Source: an uncultured Alphaproteobacteria bacterium
GTDB taxonomy: Bacteria > Pseudomonadota > Alphaproteobacteria > RF32 > CAG-239
Direction: 5' to 3'
DNA: 64,000 nt
Assembly: GCA_944393695.1 (NCBI GenBank)
Contig: CALYAY010000001.1
Span: forward strand, 185,436 to 249,435
Shown piece after piece: positions 45,961-55,207 of this stretch. The translations under genes and the position numbers were made by a program. Below the pieces are notes generated by a model. It did not search any database. It was not told where the DNA came from and worked only from the letters and a program-made list of their open reading frames with translations. The stretch's first letter is position 1. Each line of letters opens with the position of its first letter.

Positions 45961-47727
45961 TTACCACTTTCGGTAATATACCGATGCCGGATCAAACTGC
46001 TTCTTGTCGCTGTCTTCCTTTGTTTTCACTGTCCGGAGGACAAATGAATTTGGCTCCCGGTTGGTGAATACTGTATTGACTTTCTCATAGTCTAAACCCA
46101 AATTAGTTAAAATATTGTATAACAAATTTAACCGCTTTTGCTGTAAGTTGTATGAACTTGTTCCGTCTATTCTGATTTCCAGGATGGTATAATCATTTTC
46201 CATGGTTTTCTTGGCAAAAGCCTGAATCCAATTAAGCGTTTTTCCCGAAATTTCGGCCCGGTTTGTCTGAAAGGAAAGTCTTATTTCGGTAGGAAGAATT
46301 TTATTCTCTGCATCGGAAGCTGTATTTTTTTCTTCCGGAGTATCATTTTTTTGATTCTCTGGTTCTTGTTTTTGAACAACGGTCTTTCCCTTTTTTTCTG
46401 CGACTTCCGGTTCCTCTTTTTCTTTAGAGGAAAAGATTGAGCTTATACTTTTCAAAATACCCCCGCTGTCATCCCCGGCCGGAGAAGAATTTTCTTCCTT
46501 TGTATGCTTTATTTCTTCCGTAATAAACGGAATTTCATCCGTCTCGGGCTTAACTTCGGTTTGTTTATTCAGCTCCTCGCGGGTTATTCTTTCTTCCAGC
46601 TTCTTGTTTTTCGGGTCGGAAACCAGTTGCGGCATCAGGTCTTTATCGTTTAAAATATCTTCGGGAATGGGGATCAACAGATTTTTAACCACTTCGCCGG
46701 CCACTTTTACTTCTTCTTCTTTTTTGGCGTCATTACTGCTTTTTTCTCCGTTCATTATGGCGCTGACTTTCTCGGCATCCTGACCGGTTTTGTAATAATC
46801 CTTTTCTTTTATATCGTTGTTTTTGGGAAATTTTGTTCCCTGTGCGGCAACCCACGGACTGTCGGTTTCGTTTCTGACGTCAATTTGTGTTACGTCATAC
46901 ATATCTTTTTTCGGACGTTCCGCTTTGCCGGCGGTTCCGTTCTTTTCGGCCATTGTCTGCCAGGTGTTGTCTTTTTCTCCTGTCTCCGCATTTTCCTTGT
47001 GCGTTTCTTTGACAATGGAATTTATGGGCTTGTCGAAATTAAGCATGGCCACTTGTTGTTCGGCTTCTCCGCTGTTCACTTTTATCTTTTCCGAAGCCAG
47101 CAGAGGACGGACCCCGTCTCTTTCCAGGGGAATTAACAAAACATCTTCTTGTTCCGTTCCCGCTGCGGCAGAAAACTCTTGCCGGGCATCGGCCAGAACC
47201 AGTTCTTGTGGCTGTCCCCCGGATGATGCCTTTGCAGCCTTAGGCAAAACCTCCTGTTTGGAAAGCTTTGCCGGCGTTTTTGCTGCCGGTGCAGACGCCG
47301 GCTGCTGCTCTTTAGAGGCCTTTTTGCCGGCGGTAAAAGGCGGAAGCTCTGTTTTTTCAAGTCGGGCAATAATTAATTTTTTCCGGGGATTATCCTCTTT
47401 TTGTTCCTTGGACAGATTTGGCGTCGGCAAATCCGGCCCGGCATTTCTTTTCACATTTTTTTGAGAAGAGGACAAAACGTCCGTTTTTTTTGCGGAACTG
47501 ACCGGCATCTCTGCGGCTGCCGTTTTGATAAGTTCGATTTTCTTTACCGGCTGAATACCTGCCGCTCCCGGAGCCGGTTCTTTTTTTAAAAACAACGCAA
47601 TATTTTGACGAGGGATTATGATGTCGCGTTCGTTTTTGTCACGAGAAATTAATTCATTTGCGCCAAAAATTGCAAATAAAGTAAAAACAAAGCTGCAAAC
47701 AAAAGTTTTTAAAGCCGTTTTGTTCAT
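45961..47727 (-). CDS. First gene of the pilus operon: large membrane-anchored, low-complexity protein with a conserved-looking C-terminal module
   Basis: 588 aa with an N-terminal TM/signal anchor and ~450 aa of K/E/P/A-rich sequence. The C-terminal ~100 aa (IRLSFQTNRAEISGKTLNWIQAFAKK...ILEIRIDGTSSYNLQQKRLNLLYNILTNLGL) has a loosely OmpA/MotB-like pattern. That resemblance is inference only. Confidence 0.4.
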   Translation of the reverse strand: MNKTALKTFVCSFVFTLFAIFGANELISRDKNERDIIIPRQNIALFLKKEPAPGAAGIQPVKKIELIKTAAAEMPVSSAKKTDVLSSSQKNVKRNAGPDLPTPNLSKEQKEDNPRKKLIIARLEKTELPPFTAGKKASKEQQPASAPAAKTPAKLSKQEVLPKAAKASSGGQPQELVLADARQEFSAAAGTEQEDVLLIPLERDGVRPLLASEKIKVNSGEAEQQVAMLNFDKPINSIVKETHKENAETGEKDNTWQTMAEKNGTAGKAERPKKDMYDVTQIDVRNETDSPWVAAQGTKFPKNNDIKEKDYYKTGQDAEKVSAIMNGEKSSNDAKKEEEVKVAGEVVKNLLIPIPEDILNDKDLMPQLVSDPKNKKLEERITREELNKQTEVKPETDEIPFITEEIKHTKEENSSPAGDDSGGILKSISSIFSSKEKEEPEVAEKKGKTVVQKQEPENQKNDTPEEKNTASDAENKILPTEIRLSFQTNRAEISGKTLNWIQAFAKKTMENDYTILEIRIDGTSSYNLQQKRLNLLYNILTNLGLDYEKVNTVFTNREPNSFVLRTVKTKEDSDKKQFDPASVYYRKW

Positions 47728-47894
47728 GAATTAATCCCTCTAAAATCTTGATAAATCAAAATACGACTCTTGGCAAAGGGTTTATAATTTTATACCCAGA
47801 ATTTTGGAAAAAAATATCCGGCTCCTGCTGCATTTTTGTTTTGTTGAAAATTTATTATTAAAATGTTTACCATTATATGTTATGAGTAAAAACA

Positions 47895-47956
47895 TGTTTA
47901 TGCAAAATATTGAATTGTGAACTTTTTGTTACAATCAAGTTTTTTGTGCATAAACA
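47895..47956. promoter_or_regulatory. Candidate T4SS promoter (extended -10 TGTTACAAT at 47927-47935) bracketed by a perfect 10-bp inverted repeat
   Basis: TGTTTATGCA (47895-47904) and TGCATAAACA (47947-47956) are exact reverse complements 42 bp apart. The TGnTAnAAT element lies between them, ~130 nt upstream of virB2. Confidence 0.4.
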
Positions 47957-48064
47957 ATGACATATCTGTTTTAGGCTGCAGTCGATATTGCTGGAAAAAA
48001 TTGCAAAAATCGGTTATCCTAAAAGAGTATATAAGTTTTATGTTAGATTTAAGGAGTAAAGATA

Positions 48065-48433
48065 ATGCAGTTTTTAAAGAAAAATATCTGGACCCTGGCA
48101 ACCATGGCGCTTGTCCTGGTGTTGACTTCTGCCGGAGATGCTTTTGCTCTTGCAGCGGGAACCTCGGCTTCGGGTAGCACGATTATGCAGACTGCTCAGA
48201 GCAAGGCCGTAAGCGTATTTGACTCGGTCAAGACCATCATCTTCATTATCGGTGGTTTTGGTTTGGTCGGTTTGGCTTGGGCTGCCGTATTCGGTAAGGT
48301 AAACTGGAAATGGTTTGCTTCTCTGGCGGTTGGTTTGGCTATTCTGGCGGCTGCAAGTTCTATTGTTGAATACGCAACCGGTAGTACGGAAGCCACTACG
48401 GCTGGTATGACAACCACCTTCGGTAATATTTAA
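48065..48433 (+). CDS. virB2: VirB2/TrbC-family T4SS pilin, paralog 1
   Basis: 122 aa with a long signal peptide ending AFA and two hydrophobic helices (VKTIIFIIGGFGLVGLAWAAVFGKVNWKWFASLAVGLAILAAASSIV). AAGGAG ribosome-binding site. Confidence 0.8.
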   Translation: MQFLKKNIWTLATMALVLVLTSAGDAFALAAGTSASGSTIMQTAQSKAVSVFDSVKTIIFIIGGFGLVGLAWAAVFGKVNWKWFASLAVGLAILAAASSIVEYATGSTEATTAGMTTTFGNI

Positions 48434-48477
48434 CCGCAGGATAATTGGTTTTAAGACAATTAAAAGGGAGAGGAAGC

Positions 48478-48882
48478 ATGAAAAACATCTGGTCATATTT
48501 TTCAGGCTTTTCTCTTCCTTTTTTTCGTCTGCCGCTAAAAGTAAAGAAAATCTTTTTATTCGTGTTGTTTTGCTCTTTTTCTTTAGTTTTATTTGCAGAT
48601 GAATCTTCTGCCGCACTTTTCAGTAAGCTGACCGACAGCGGATCGGAAATCTTTCGCGGTATGAAAACGATTATTTACGCCGTTTCCGGCTTTGGTATCG
48701 TCGCCATTGCTATCGGCGGTTTTTTTGGCAATCTCAACTGGAAATGGCTGTCGGCAATTATTATCGGTCTGATGGTTATTGCCGCCACGGCAGGAATTCT
48801 GATGTATATGACCGAAACCGACATCAGTTCGTCAATGAACCTGCAGGACAGCCTTATAAGCGCCGCTCCCCAGACAAAATAA
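48478..48882 (+). CDS. virB2: VirB2/TrbC-family T4SS pilin, paralog 2
   Basis: The start is ATG 48478 (GGGAGAGG ribosome-binding site). The core SEIFRGMKTIIYAVSGFGIVAIAIGGFFGNLNWKWLSAIIIGLMVIAATAGIL is homologous to paralogs 1 and 3. Confidence 0.75.
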   Translation: MKNIWSYFSGFSLPFFRLPLKVKKIFLFVLFCSFSLVLFADESSAALFSKLTDSGSEIFRGMKTIIYAVSGFGIVAIAIGGFFGNLNWKWLSAIIIGLMVIAATAGILMYMTETDISSSMNLQDSLISAAPQTK

Positions 48883-48924
48883 AAACTCTGAATTATTAAA
48901 CTTCTCTGGAAAACAGGAGGATAA

Positions 48925-49695
48925 ATGAAAAAAATATTTTTTATCTTTTCTTTTTGCTGGAGCCTGTTTAATTTTTCTTTTGCCTCTGCGCAGCAGTTTG
49001 CCTCGCCTTCATCAATGTCTTATACCGTAACCGCTGACGATATGGCTGTTTCGGGGCTGAATATCCAGGCTTTGCTTGACAGCGGGAGAGCCGTAAGAAA
49101 TTCTGACGGTTCATATACCATCAATAATATTGATCAAAACTTTATTAACCGGGTAGAACAGGCCATCATCAATGGCCGCATGAATCAGAAAAAACAACAG
49201 GAACAGGCTGCCATTAACCAATATCGGGAAAATCAGCCGATAATTTTGTCTCCGTCGTCTTCTCAGAATAGTCAGAATCCTCCGGACAGCAGTTCATCTC
49301 AAAATAATAAAAACAATGCTTCGTCCTCTCCTTCCGGCGGAGGTGACAGCCAGGCCGGCGACAATAGTCAGACAGCCGGCGGCGGCAGCGAACAATACGG
49401 CGGCGGCAAAGCAACAACTTTGTTTGAACATCTGATTACCAGTGCTTCTGAAATTTTCCGGGGACTGAAACTTATTATATATGCTGTAACCGGTTTGAGT
49501 ATCGTTGCCATTGCCATTGGTGCCTTTTTCGGAAATCTCAATTGGAAATGGCTGGGCTCCGTTATCATTTGTCTGTTGTTAATATCTGCCGCACAGGGCG
49601 TGCTGAATTATCTGACCGAAAACAATGTCGATCCGGCTTTTAAGCTGGACGATACCATAGAATCCGCGGCTCCCCGGAGCAATGCTTTAAAATAA
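48925..49695 (+). CDS. virB2: VirB2-like pilin paralog 3 with a ~150-aa N-terminal extension including an S/Q/N/G-rich low-complexity tract
   Basis: 256 aa. The C-terminal 90 aa (SEIFRGLKLIIYAVTGLSIVAIAIGAFFGNLNWKWLGSVIICLLLISAAQGVL) closely match paralog 2. They are preceded by a signal peptide, a ~75-aa domain, and SPSSSQNSQNPPDSSSSQNNKNNASSSPSGGGDSQAGDNSQTAGGGSEQYGGG. Confidence 0.7.
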   Translation: MKKIFFIFSFCWSLFNFSFASAQQFASPSSMSYTVTADDMAVSGLNIQALLDSGRAVRNSDGSYTINNIDQNFINRVEQAIINGRMNQKKQQEQAAINQYRENQPIILSPSSSQNSQNPPDSSSSQNNKNNASSSPSGGGDSQAGDNSQTAGGGSEQYGGGKATTLFEHLITSASEIFRGLKLIIYAVTGLSIVAIAIGAFFGNLNWKWLGSVIICLLLISAAQGVLNYLTENNVDPAFKLDDTIESAAPRSNALK

Positions 49696-49757
49696 TTACG
49701 ATTAACGCCTTGTTCATAATTATCCGCTATATTACATAGCCGTAGATAAAGGCATGA

Positions 49758-49777
49758 AAAACAGACTTGTCTGTTTT
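49758..49777 (+). terminator. Candidate attenuator/terminator hairpin between the pilin paralogs and virB3
   Basis: AAAACAGA-CTTG-TCTGTTTT (8-bp stem, 4-nt loop, U-tract within and after the stem). It is followed by a perfect TATAAT at 49790-49795, upstream of virB3. Confidence 0.4.
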
Positions 49778-49821
49778 GCCGCAATATTTTATAATGGTTG
49801 CATAAGCAAGGGAGCAGCTGC

Positions 49822-50112
49822 ATGCGTGAAATGATCTTAAAAGCCGTAGCCAATCCCCCGAAAATATTATGGGGGCCGTTTCTGCCGACGCTCATCAACT
49901 TGGCGTTGCAGTTTCCTCTGATGTTTATGTCAATCGGTGTCCTTAAAATCAATCCAATCTTTTTTCTGGCGAGCATTGTTCTGGTGCATGTGGCGATTGT
50001 GCTTTATGGTTCCAAAGAACCTCATATCTCGGCCATGATTCAGGCTTACGGGCAAACCTATCGCAAAACCAACAATTTGTACAAAGTGAAAGGCAATAAA
50101 TTTGAGCCCTGA
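49822..50112 (+). CDS. virB3: VirB3-family T4SS inner-membrane protein
   Basis: The start is ATG 49822 (AAGGGAG ribosome-binding site). ILKAVANPPKILWGPFLPTLINLAL matches the L-K-x-x-T-R-P-x-x-x-x-G-V-P pattern of VirB3, followed by hydrophobic helices. It overlaps virB4 by 11 nt. Confidence 0.75.
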   Translation: MREMILKAVANPPKILWGPFLPTLINLALQFPLMFMSIGVLKINPIFFLASIVLVHVAIVLYGSKEPHISAMIQAYGQTYRKTNNLYKVKGNKFEP

Positions 50113-52534
50113 TTTTGACTTTTTCAGCGTGTTTGTGCAGGGCCTCAGTTCTTATGAGGTGCTGGTCACGGTTATCGGTTTTATTTCTGCCGGTGCCTTC
50201 GCCGGTTTTTGGGCCACCAAAATCGGCCGTGCAATTCTGCCTCAGCCGTATGAATCCCGTGTGGCGGATTTTTTACCGTTTAACAAGCTGATGTCTGACG
50301 GCATAACCATCCGTTGCTATAACGGAGCTTTTGCCCGCGTATTTAAGGTTGAAGGCGCGGATCTGACCTTCGTAACCGACGAAAAAGCCATGTCTATGCT
50401 TGAGGCGCGCAAATCCTGGATAGACGGTATGTCTGATTTGCAGGTCGTCTGCCGGGTCATCACTTTGCGCAACCGGATTCCCCTTGATGAAGAACAAAAC
50501 AATTTTAACAATCCCCTGCTGGAGCAGATTTCAAACACCTGGCGCAGCAATCTTGACCGTGTTTATGCCAACAGCCACTATATCGTGCTTTCTGTGCCGG
50601 ACCGGCCGGAAGCCTTAAAAGATTTGAACTATGCCTCACAGGCTTTGCTGGCCACCCTTAATGATTATGGGGTTAAGGCCATGTATGAAACCGAAGACAG
50701 CCCGGCTTCCGACAGTCCGTTGTCGGTTTTTACCCAGATATGCAGCCCGCTGACCAAACCCCAGCCCAAGGTTCGCGGTGCCGAAGGCTATCAGCTTAAC
50801 GAGCTTCTGACGGCGGAGCATATTCATTTCACCGGCGAACAGGGTGTTATCCGCTTTTTCTCCGGTGATAGAGAGATGTTTGCCATCAGCATGGGGATTC
50901 GCACTTCCGGCGATTATATGGATGAAAGCATGATTGCCACTTTGCTCTCTATTGATTGCGAGCTGACCATGCTGCACAACATCAAGCCCATTTTCAAACC
51001 CCATGCCCGGGCACTGCTCATGCAACAACAGCGCATGGCGCAGATTACCAGCTTTTCTCCCGATGTAATTAATCAATATGCCGAAGCTTTGTCGGCCATT
51101 GAGGAAAGCGATGCCGATTATCAGGCTCTGACCGAATATGCCATGACCATTATTATTAAAGGTCAGACCATGGAAGAAGTTGAATTTGGCGAGAGTGAGG
51201 TTCAACGCATCTGTCGTCTGTTCAGCGTCACCCCGGTACGTGAAGGCTGGGTCACTCAGGCCACGTTTTTCAACCAGTTTCCCACTTATGAAACTTATCC
51301 CCGAACCTACCGTTATTTGTCACGGGTTGTGGCGGCGGCTGTTTCCTTTGACCATCCTTCCGAAGGTTTTGGCAAAAGCGACTGGGGCCCCGGGCCGATT
51401 ACGGTATTCCGCACCGCTTCCGGTTCGGCCTATCGTTTTCAGTTTCATGTCTCTGATGAAGATTCGGCTGTGGCTCACTGTTGTATTATCGGACCGACCG
51501 GACAAGGTAAAACCACCTTGCTGACTTTTTTGGCCGGTCAGGCCATGCGTCACGGCGATCTGAGAGTCTTTTTCTTTGACCGCCACCGCGGTGCCGAAAT
51601 CTTCACCCGCTCTATCGGCGGTGCTTATGTCGGCTTTGACGGAGATGAAAAGAATGTGTCTTTAAATCCTTTTGACTGCCGTGATACCCCGGTCAACCGG
51701 GCTTTTCTGCAGCGTTGGATGCGTTCCATCACCATGGTTGACGATGCTTTGTCCGAAAAAGAAATCGGCCGGGCGGTAACCACGGCATTTGAATACCTGC
51801 GCCCTGAAGAGCGGATAATGACCAATCTGTACAAAAGCTGTTTTTCTCCGACGGGAAATATGCGCCGGGAGCTTTTCCGCTGGGTCAACCCCGATCAGTA
51901 CGGCAAAATTTTCAATTCGGAAAAAGACAGCCTGGATTTAAAACAAAAACGTTTCATGGCTTTTGATTTTACTCATATTTTTGAAGATGAAACCCTTGCT
52001 CCGGCGGTCATCAGCTATATTATGCACCGTATTCAGTCCGAAACCGGAGAAACCGGTGTCCCCTCGCTGATTATGATTGATGAAACCGCACCGATGTTGA
52101 AACACCCCATGTTCCGCGACTATTTCACCATCGGCTTGCAGGAAGGCCGTAAAAAGCGCCAGGCTTATCTTTGTGCTTTCCAGCAGCCCAATATTATCGA
52201 CAAACTCGGTGTCGGCGAAGTCATCCGCGGCCAGTGTCAGACGGTCATCTTTTTCCGTAACCCTCAGGCAATGCCCGAAGATTACGCCAACTGGAATTTA
52301 ACCCAGCGTGAAATAGACTTTATTTTCGGCAAGAGTTATCGTGATTTTCCCTATGCTATCTTACTTTCCCGCCCGGCCACCGGGGAATCAGTTATTCTTG
52401 ATGTCGATCTCAGCGGGCTAGGCCCTTATCTGAAACTGTACAATTCCGGCCGCAAAAATGTGCTTCTGGTGGAAGAACTCATCAAGGAATACGGCGAAGA
52501 CAACTTTGTTACCAAATATTTAAACATTGCGTGA
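50102..52534 (+). CDS. virB4: VirB4-family T4SS ATPase
   Basis: 810 aa (TTG start). Walker A IIGPTGQGKTT, Walker B region SLIMIDETAPML, and typical VirB4 length and position after VirB3. Confidence 0.9.
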   Translation: MSPDFDFFSVFVQGLSSYEVLVTVIGFISAGAFAGFWATKIGRAILPQPYESRVADFLPFNKLMSDGITIRCYNGAFARVFKVEGADLTFVTDEKAMSMLEARKSWIDGMSDLQVVCRVITLRNRIPLDEEQNNFNNPLLEQISNTWRSNLDRVYANSHYIVLSVPDRPEALKDLNYASQALLATLNDYGVKAMYETEDSPASDSPLSVFTQICSPLTKPQPKVRGAEGYQLNELLTAEHIHFTGEQGVIRFFSGDREMFAISMGIRTSGDYMDESMIATLLSIDCELTMLHNIKPIFKPHARALLMQQQRMAQITSFSPDVINQYAEALSAIEESDADYQALTEYAMTIIIKGQTMEEVEFGESEVQRICRLFSVTPVREGWVTQATFFNQFPTYETYPRTYRYLSRVVAAAVSFDHPSEGFGKSDWGPGPITVFRTASGSAYRFQFHVSDEDSAVAHCCIIGPTGQGKTTLLTFLAGQAMRHGDLRVFFFDRHRGAEIFTRSIGGAYVGFDGDEKNVSLNPFDCRDTPVNRAFLQRWMRSITMVDDALSEKEIGRAVTTAFEYLRPEERIMTNLYKSCFSPTGNMRRELFRWVNPDQYGKIFNSEKDSLDLKQKRFMAFDFTHIFEDETLAPAVISYIMHRIQSETGETGVPSLIMIDETAPMLKHPMFRDYFTIGLQEGRKKRQAYLCAFQQPNIIDKLGVGEVIRGQCQTVIFFRNPQAMPEDYANWNLTQREIDFIFGKSYRDFPYAILLSRPATGESVILDVDLSGLGPYLKLYNSGRKNVLLVEELIKEYGEDNFVTKYLNIA

Positions 52535-52563
52535 TTAAATTCACACTATTGTAACAATTTATA

Positions 52564-52572
52564 TGTTACAAT
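52564..52572 (+). promoter_or_regulatory. Second copy of the extended -10-like element TGTTACAAT, upstream of the secreted-protein genes
   Basis: The 9-mer is identical to 47927-47935. It lies in the 94-nt gap after virB4, ~57 nt before ATG 52629, and a related TGTAACAAT occurs at 52550-52558. Confidence 0.3.
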
Positions 52573-52628
52573 CATAATAAACCAGTATGGTAACGAGAAT
52601 TCATGAATTTTGGCAACGGAGGTCGTCG

Positions 52629-54374
52629 ATGAAAAAATCCGGTTATTATTTAGGTGCAGCAGCAGGTCTGAGTTTTTTGCTGATGTCGGCGGCAAGCCAT
52701 GCCTTTTTGATTCCTACGGTTGATTTCAGCGCCATTGCCGAAGGCGTTAAATCTAATCTTGAATTGGTTAAGCAATCTAAAATTGTTGTGGAAGGAACAG
52801 CCCTTATCGGTGATGTAAACTCCACCATTGGAGATATCAAGTCAAATATTTCCGATCTTGGCGTTGAAGAAGCCAAACGTCTGGCGGAAAAGGTTCAAAA
52901 ACAAAAGGAAAATCTCGAAAAAGCCAAAGAAAAATACGATAAATACAAAGAAAAACTGGATGAAGCCAAAGAACAGGTAGAAAAAGCCAAAGAACTTAAA
53001 GAAAAAGCTCAGAGTAAAATCAGTGAAGCTCAGTCAAAAGTTTCATCCGCTGTCAGCAATGTTCAGGAAAAAGTCGACGACGCCAAGGAAAAGATTGACG
53101 ATGCCAAAGAAAAAGTCAACGATGTTAAATCAAAAGTTGATGAAGCCAGAAGCGTAGCTAGTGATGCCCAGGATATGATCGGTGAAGCCCAAGGTGCGGT
53201 CAGCGGAGCTCTCGGCAAAGTAAACAGCACACGCGAACAATTCGGGCTGGGCGGCTCTTCTTCAGAATCAGAAACGATGCCTTCTTATGTCTCGACGGAT
53301 TTCTCCGAACCGGAAACGTCCGTTCCCGCTCAAGCCCAACCGACTTCGGCCTCTGTTTCTGCGGCGCCAACGGATTTGGCCAGTGCTCAGGCTGAAATCG
53401 CCCGTCTTTCCGCCGAATTGGAACTTCTGAAGCAAAAGCAGGGACTTTCCTCCGAAACACAGATGCCGTCGGAAGAAACCCCGCCGGCAAATAATAATGA
53501 AACAGAAGATGAAACTTATGAAAGCCTGGATGAGGCTTTGGGTGAAATTGAGCGTTTGCAGGCCGAATTGGAAAAATATAAATCGGCTGAGCCGGCAGGA
53601 CAAAACATGCAGCCGGTTGTCGTATCCCCGTCTGTCTCATCCTCGGAAATTTCTACTCAAAGAGTACAAATGCCGGCCGGTACGGCAACTCCGGCTGAGA
53701 CAGATTCTTCCCTGTCCTCGCCCGAACAAACACTGACCCCGGCAAAAAACATCACCCCGTCAACCTCTTCCGGCGGCTTTCGCAAACGGCCGACGGTCAG
53801 CAAAGATATTCTGGGCAGTCTGGCACAGCCGGAAAACGATATTCACGTGGCCGTTTACAGCCATAACGAGGTTTTGTCCTTTGCCCAGCTTGACATGGAA
53901 AGTATTCCGACCGGAACCAATTCTGCCACCGATGAATTTATTATTTCGGATGAAATGGCTCAATATTGCAATATTAATATTAACGAAACGGACAGCGAAG
54001 CCATTAAAAACTGCCTGGAAGATATTATCCGTTATCGTAATGATCCGGATATGACAATTGCCGAAAAAGGTGAAATTCTTTACAAAAACCTGATGAAAGA
54101 AACCGCCACCGGCCTGACCACCGAAGCAATCATGCGTAAAAACGAAGCCACCAATTACAAAGATCAGGTCTTAAGCGAATTGAATAATGATTTGGGCAGT
54201 GCTTCTGATATACGTGATGATATTGCCGCTTTGGCACAGACCAACAATCAAATTCAGGTTCTGTTAAATGACCTTATTAAAATTCAGGCCAGTCGGATTA
54301 TGCAAAACGGTTTGGAATCTTTGCAGGATATAAAACCGACCGACATTGAATCCGGAGATTCTGAAGAGGAGTAA
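52629..54374 (+). CDS. Secreted acidic coiled-coil protein (581 aa) in the VirB5/VirB6 slot; possible VirB5/TrbJ-like N-terminus
   Basis: The start is at MKKSGYY (GGAGG ribosome-binding site). The signal peptide ends SHA|FLIPTVDFSAIAEGV. A ~130-aa run of 11-residue amphipathic repeats follows (DDAKEKIDDAK EKVNDVKSKVD...), then an S/T/P-rich linker and a helical C-terminal domain. There is no TM segment. Confidence 0.6.
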   Translation: MKKSGYYLGAAAGLSFLLMSAASHAFLIPTVDFSAIAEGVKSNLELVKQSKIVVEGTALIGDVNSTIGDIKSNISDLGVEEAKRLAEKVQKQKENLEKAKEKYDKYKEKLDEAKEQVEKAKELKEKAQSKISEAQSKVSSAVSNVQEKVDDAKEKIDDAKEKVNDVKSKVDEARSVASDAQDMIGEAQGAVSGALGKVNSTREQFGLGGSSSESETMPSYVSTDFSEPETSVPAQAQPTSASVSAAPTDLASAQAEIARLSAELELLKQKQGLSSETQMPSEETPPANNNETEDETYESLDEALGEIERLQAELEKYKSAEPAGQNMQPVVVSPSVSSSEISTQRVQMPAGTATPAETDSSLSSPEQTLTPAKNITPSTSSGGFRKRPTVSKDILGSLAQPENDIHVAVYSHNEVLSFAQLDMESIPTGTNSATDEFIISDEMAQYCNININETDSEAIKNCLEDIIRYRNDPDMTIAEKGEILYKNLMKETATGLTTEAIMRKNEATNYKDQVLSELNNDLGSASDIRDDIAALAQTNNQIQVLLNDLIKIQASRIMQNGLESLQDIKPTDIESGDSEEE

Positions 54375-54379
54375 GAGTC

Positions 54380-55207
54380 ATGAAGCGCATTCTGCTTGCA
54401 TTTTTCACGCTTACATACCTGATTACGGCCAATGTTCAGCCTGCCCGGGCTGATAAAGAAGCCGTACAGAAAGTATTGAAAAAAGCCGACCGCTACGAAA
54501 AAATCGGCATGAATGCGCTTGAGGAAGGCATTAAAATAAAAAAACAGTTCGAAAAATATGCCAACGGCATTCAGGGCGCCTTAAAATTTGCCAAAGCCGT
54601 TGCTTCCGGAGATTTAGAAGGAGCTTTGGCCGCGGCTGAAAATGTTCCCGGTCTTTCGGGTGAAGTCGCTAATCTGAATGCCAATCTGGAAGGAGCCACC
54701 AATCTGGTTAATGAGGGGGTAAGTGCCGGGGCCGGACTGGTGAGTAAGGCTAATGGCCTGGTCAGTAAAGCCAACGGCCTGATAGATAGCCCGGTTGATG
54801 CCCTCAAAAATGCAATTCCGAGCGATTTGAGTAATATTAACGATGTCGGACAAACGCAGAAAGACGTCGATAAAAGTTATACCGCTGAATACGGCAGTGC
54901 CGAAGATATTGAGGTATATAACGCTCAAAAAGAAAAACTTGATGCCATTCAGCGGGATAATATAGCTTCGTTATATGCCCGGGCTCTGGCTACCCGCGTT
55001 GAAATAGCAAAAGAAAAAGCCGAAACGCCCGAAGAAATAGATTCTGAAAATACCCGGGCGCTCATCGCCGCCACCCGCAATGCCGCCACCAGGGCTGCGG
55101 TACGTTTGCGCCGCATTGTGCAGCTGGAAGCTTCCATTCAGGAATATGAATCCACACAGCTTTCCAAAATATTTATGACCACGGTTCAAAAACAGGAGGA
55201 GGAATGA
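54380..55207 (+). CDS. Secreted helical protein (275 aa) of VirB5-like size; function unknown
   Basis: Signal peptide ending ARA|DKEAV, with an all-helical, A/K/E-rich mature part. It contains a tandem 7-aa duplication (VSKANGL x2, 21-bp DNA repeat at 54737-54778). GAGGAG ribosome-binding site. Confidence 0.55.
   Translation: MKRILLAFFTLTYLITANVQPARADKEAVQKVLKKADRYEKIGMNALEEGIKIKKQFEKYANGIQGALKFAKAVASGDLEGALAAAENVPGLSGEVANLNANLEGATNLVNEGVSAGAGLVSKANGLVSKANGLIDSPVDALKNAIPSDLSNINDVGQTQKDVDKSYTAEYGSAEDIEVYNAQKEKLDAIQRDNIASLYARALATRVEIAKEKAETPEEIDSENTRALIAATRNAATRAAVRLRRIVQLEASIQEYESTQLSKIFMTTVQKQEEE

Noticed and set aside
54737-54778. 21-bp tandem duplication (VSKANGL x2) as a phase-variable repeat
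   Set aside because: There are only two copies, they differ at synonymous positions, and they are in-frame. There is no homopolymer or microsatellite character that would support slipped-strand switching.
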